A stretch of 63,950 nt of DNA, the filler included, from Octopus bimaculoides (Eukaryota), in the NCBI RefSeq assembly GCF_001194135.2. It is 11 parts of 10 records of this genome, joined end to end, with 100 filler letters (N's around TTAATTAATTAA, not from the genome) between each part and the next. Parts side by side here need not be neighbours in the genome. Positions count along the whole stretch, not along the records: positions 59,201 to 62,775 come from NC_068993.1; positions 62,876 to 63,950 come from NC_068981.1; 9 more parts are not named here. One strand, written 5' to 3'. The notes beneath the pieces are model-generated. The model ran no database searches and had not been told where the DNA came from. It was given only the letters and a program-made list of their open reading frames with translations. Positions 61,495 through 63,950 of this stretch are shown here, piece after piece (position 1 is the stretch's first letter; every line of letters begins with the position of its first letter). A program made the position numbers and the translations under genes.

Positions 61495-62067
61495 GATGTG
61501 TCCCAATTTCGAAATGGCAACTGAGACCAGTTCTATCACAAATGATATAATTTAAAAAAATAAAGAATTCTCGAAAATGTCTACACCACTTATAAAAGGA
61601 CAGCCTGAAGATGAGGACAGTTGCTCACACATGTTTCTGTGTCAATAGCTAATAGCATCACTTGTCGTGTGTTATCTCTAAGCAGCCAAGAAACTTAGAC
61701 GCAGAAAAACAGGTTAGAATTCATTTAGGGCCAATACATAACACTGGCCATTCTGAGTTATTTCTCTTAACTCATTTTTGTTTAGTTTATGCAAATTTCG
61801 TGGGCCATAAATATGTTTTAGCTTTTTGAGTATGTGTGTGTCCTCTGGATACATGAGATAAACTAATACTGGACATAAGGTAATTGTCATCTGATGACGC
61901 CTTTTGATGCGGAAAAAGTCGTCCACGATTGTCCCCTTGTCTCCAGGCATTAAGTCTGCGCATTTCCTTAATGGCTTCTAAGTTTAAGAATATTCATAAT
62001 TAATGAGATTATCTCCCCTTTTCGAACGTAGCAGGTCTCAGTTGCTATTTCAGAATTGTGACACATC
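61495..62067. repeat. 34-bp inverted repeat pair (30/34) about 500 bp apart
   Basis: GATGTGTCCCAATTTCGAAATGGCAACTGAGACC (61495-61528) versus the reverse complement of 62034-62067, GATGTGTCACAATTCTGAAATAGCAACTGAGACC. Confidence 0.8.
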
Positions 62068-62622
62068 CTCTAGGGATAGAGAATTTATCTTACATGCATC
62101 TTAAGGCAGTGGGACAGTTACCGTGTGGAGAGGTTCCACAGTCCAAGGGCCTATTTCTAATCTACATATACTGAAGCATGCCGTCAATATATCAATAAAT
62201 ACTATGTGCACTGTTTGGCCGGGGGATAGGCTAAAATGCTGCTAAGTGGTCCCTGATTGTATGGTATCTGATATAATTATATTATATTTCTCTCTCTCTC
62301 TCCCTCTTTCTCTCTCTATATATTCACATACATATGCATGTCTCTGAGTGCGAATGCGCGCGCGCGAGTGTAACTAATATAATTTAGGGAAGGGGAAATT
62401 TTAGAGAATAAAGAACACAAATATATTTACTTTCGTTTTTCTTGGTAGCATATCTATGATACAATTTCATTCCAACAGCCAAACTGTGTCAGTGATCAGT
62501 TCTCGATATTTTTAGAGTCTTCGTGTATTCTGGAATGGCTAAAATATCTTTCATTATGTAATTGTTTCAGTTTCAACATTTTATCTATCTGTTTACCTAC
62601 CTACCTACCTACCTACCTACCG

Positions 62623-62686
<64 letters not shown>

Positions 62687-63689
62687 GTCTGTCTGTCAAT
62701 CTACCTACCTACCCACCAATCTATCCATCTATTTATCTCTCACTCTCTCTTTATATATATATGTACACACACACANNNNNNNNNNNNNNNNNNNNNNNNN
62801 NNNNNNNNNNNNNNNNNNNTTAATTAATTAANNNNNNNNNNNNNNNNNNNNNNNNNNNNNNNNNNNNNNNNNNNNTATATTTGATTCTTTCCTTCTCTCT
62901 CACATTTTGTTTGATGTTTAGAAGAACGCTTTTCTTTTTCCTTCCCTTTTCTTCAATGATTTTCTTTGGAGTAAGGAACTGAACCCAGACCCCTTTATAT
63001 GCTCTTTGTTCTCTATTTTTTTATGGTTTAACTAGTGTATTTATCATGTTTAATAGTATCAAGTGAAAAAAAATAGATATTTTATCTCTCTCTCTATCTC
63101 TCTCTTTCCCCTATCTCTCTCATTTCTCTTTCTTACTTTTGTTGAAGGATATTCAGGCTAATCTACGTTTCTCACAAAAAAAAAAAAAAAGAAATAGTAA
63201 CATTTGTAACCACTGTGAATATAAATGTGTGTACAATGTGGCTGTGTTACTGTTGTAAATATGCTTCTAGTCACGTGGTTCTGGATGCAGCCTCACTGGA
63301 CAGCATTTTATGCAAGTATATATGTGGATGGAGCATAACTGATGTTTGCATAGATGGAGCATAATTGCTGTCTGTATGTATGGAATGCTGTTTGCATGTA
63401 TGGAGTGCTGTTTGTATGTATGGAGTGTGACAGATGGCTGTAGGGCTGGGGTGTGATTACAATCATATATGCAACAGCTGGCAGCATTTAAGATTATGAA
63501 AAGCAGGTAATGAGACTCTAAATAAATAAGGAAGTATCTGGTCCACAAATTTGCCCCAACATCTACAGGGCAATCTGAATTAAGCAATTTGTAAGGCAAT
63601 ACTCAACATTTGTTCCTGTCAGCTCAGGGAGAAATAGCAGCCAATGCCATCTACAAAAGAAAGAGGACACATTGATTAATGTAGTTCTA

Positions 63690-63950
63690 AATACACTCAT
63701 CATCATCATCATCATCATCGTTTAACGTCCGCTTTCCATGCTAGCATGGGTTGGACGATTTGACTGAGGACTGGTGAAACCGGATGGCAACACCAGGCTC
63801 CAGTCTGATTTGGCAGAGTTTCTACAGCTGGATGCCCTTCCTAACGCCAACCACTCAGAGAGTGTAGTGGGTGCTTTTACGTGTCACCCGCACGAAAACG
63901 GCCACGCTCGAAATGGTGTCTTTTATGTGCCACCCGCACAAGCCAGTCCA
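63690..63950 (-). mobile_element. 3' end of an RTE-tailed SINE-like element with a (GAT)n tail
   Basis: Minus strand ...GTTGGCGTTAGGAAGGGCATCCAGCTG...CATGGAAAGCGGACGTTAAACGATGATGAT; same family as 52612. Confidence 0.75.

Noticed and set aside
61891-61920. CTGATGA-CGC..GCG-GAAA hammerhead-like motif
   Set aside because: Stem II is only 3 bp, and no stem I or stem III pairing can be formed around a UH site.
1-63950. CRISPR arrays, rRNA genes or operon-like prokaryotic features
   Set aside because: None seen; the tandem repeats lack unique spacers and the sequence is eukaryotic.

Overview
A eukaryotic, AT-rich, gap-ridden draft-assembly window made mostly of interspersed repeats and microsatellites. 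The repeat content is most consistent with an octopus genome (my inference from SINE-family recognition, not a database match). No complete host gene is recognisable; only a few candidate exons are flagged. Five tRNA-headed SINE families recur (working labels A-E), alongside degenerate LINEs (RTE/BovB-type, R4/Dong-type), several mariner remnants plus MITEs, and at least four Penelope-like (PLE) RT/GIY-YIG remnants. The strongest result is that SINE family E carries a minimal type I hammerhead ribozyme of the Penelope kind in its 3' module. The consensus of five copies is GACAC-CUGAUGA-A-GGCUG(loop)CAGCC-GAAA-CGU-U-GUGUU, and one copy (43386-43431, minus) has an intact core. The element occurs three times as inverted pairs, and its full-length tRNA-headed copy directly abuts a Penelope GIY-YIG remnant. 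This points to a Pol III-driven, ribozyme-bearing, PLE-mobilised SINE. The 44N-TTAATTAATTAA-44N blocks and all N-spanning ORFs are assembly artefacts.
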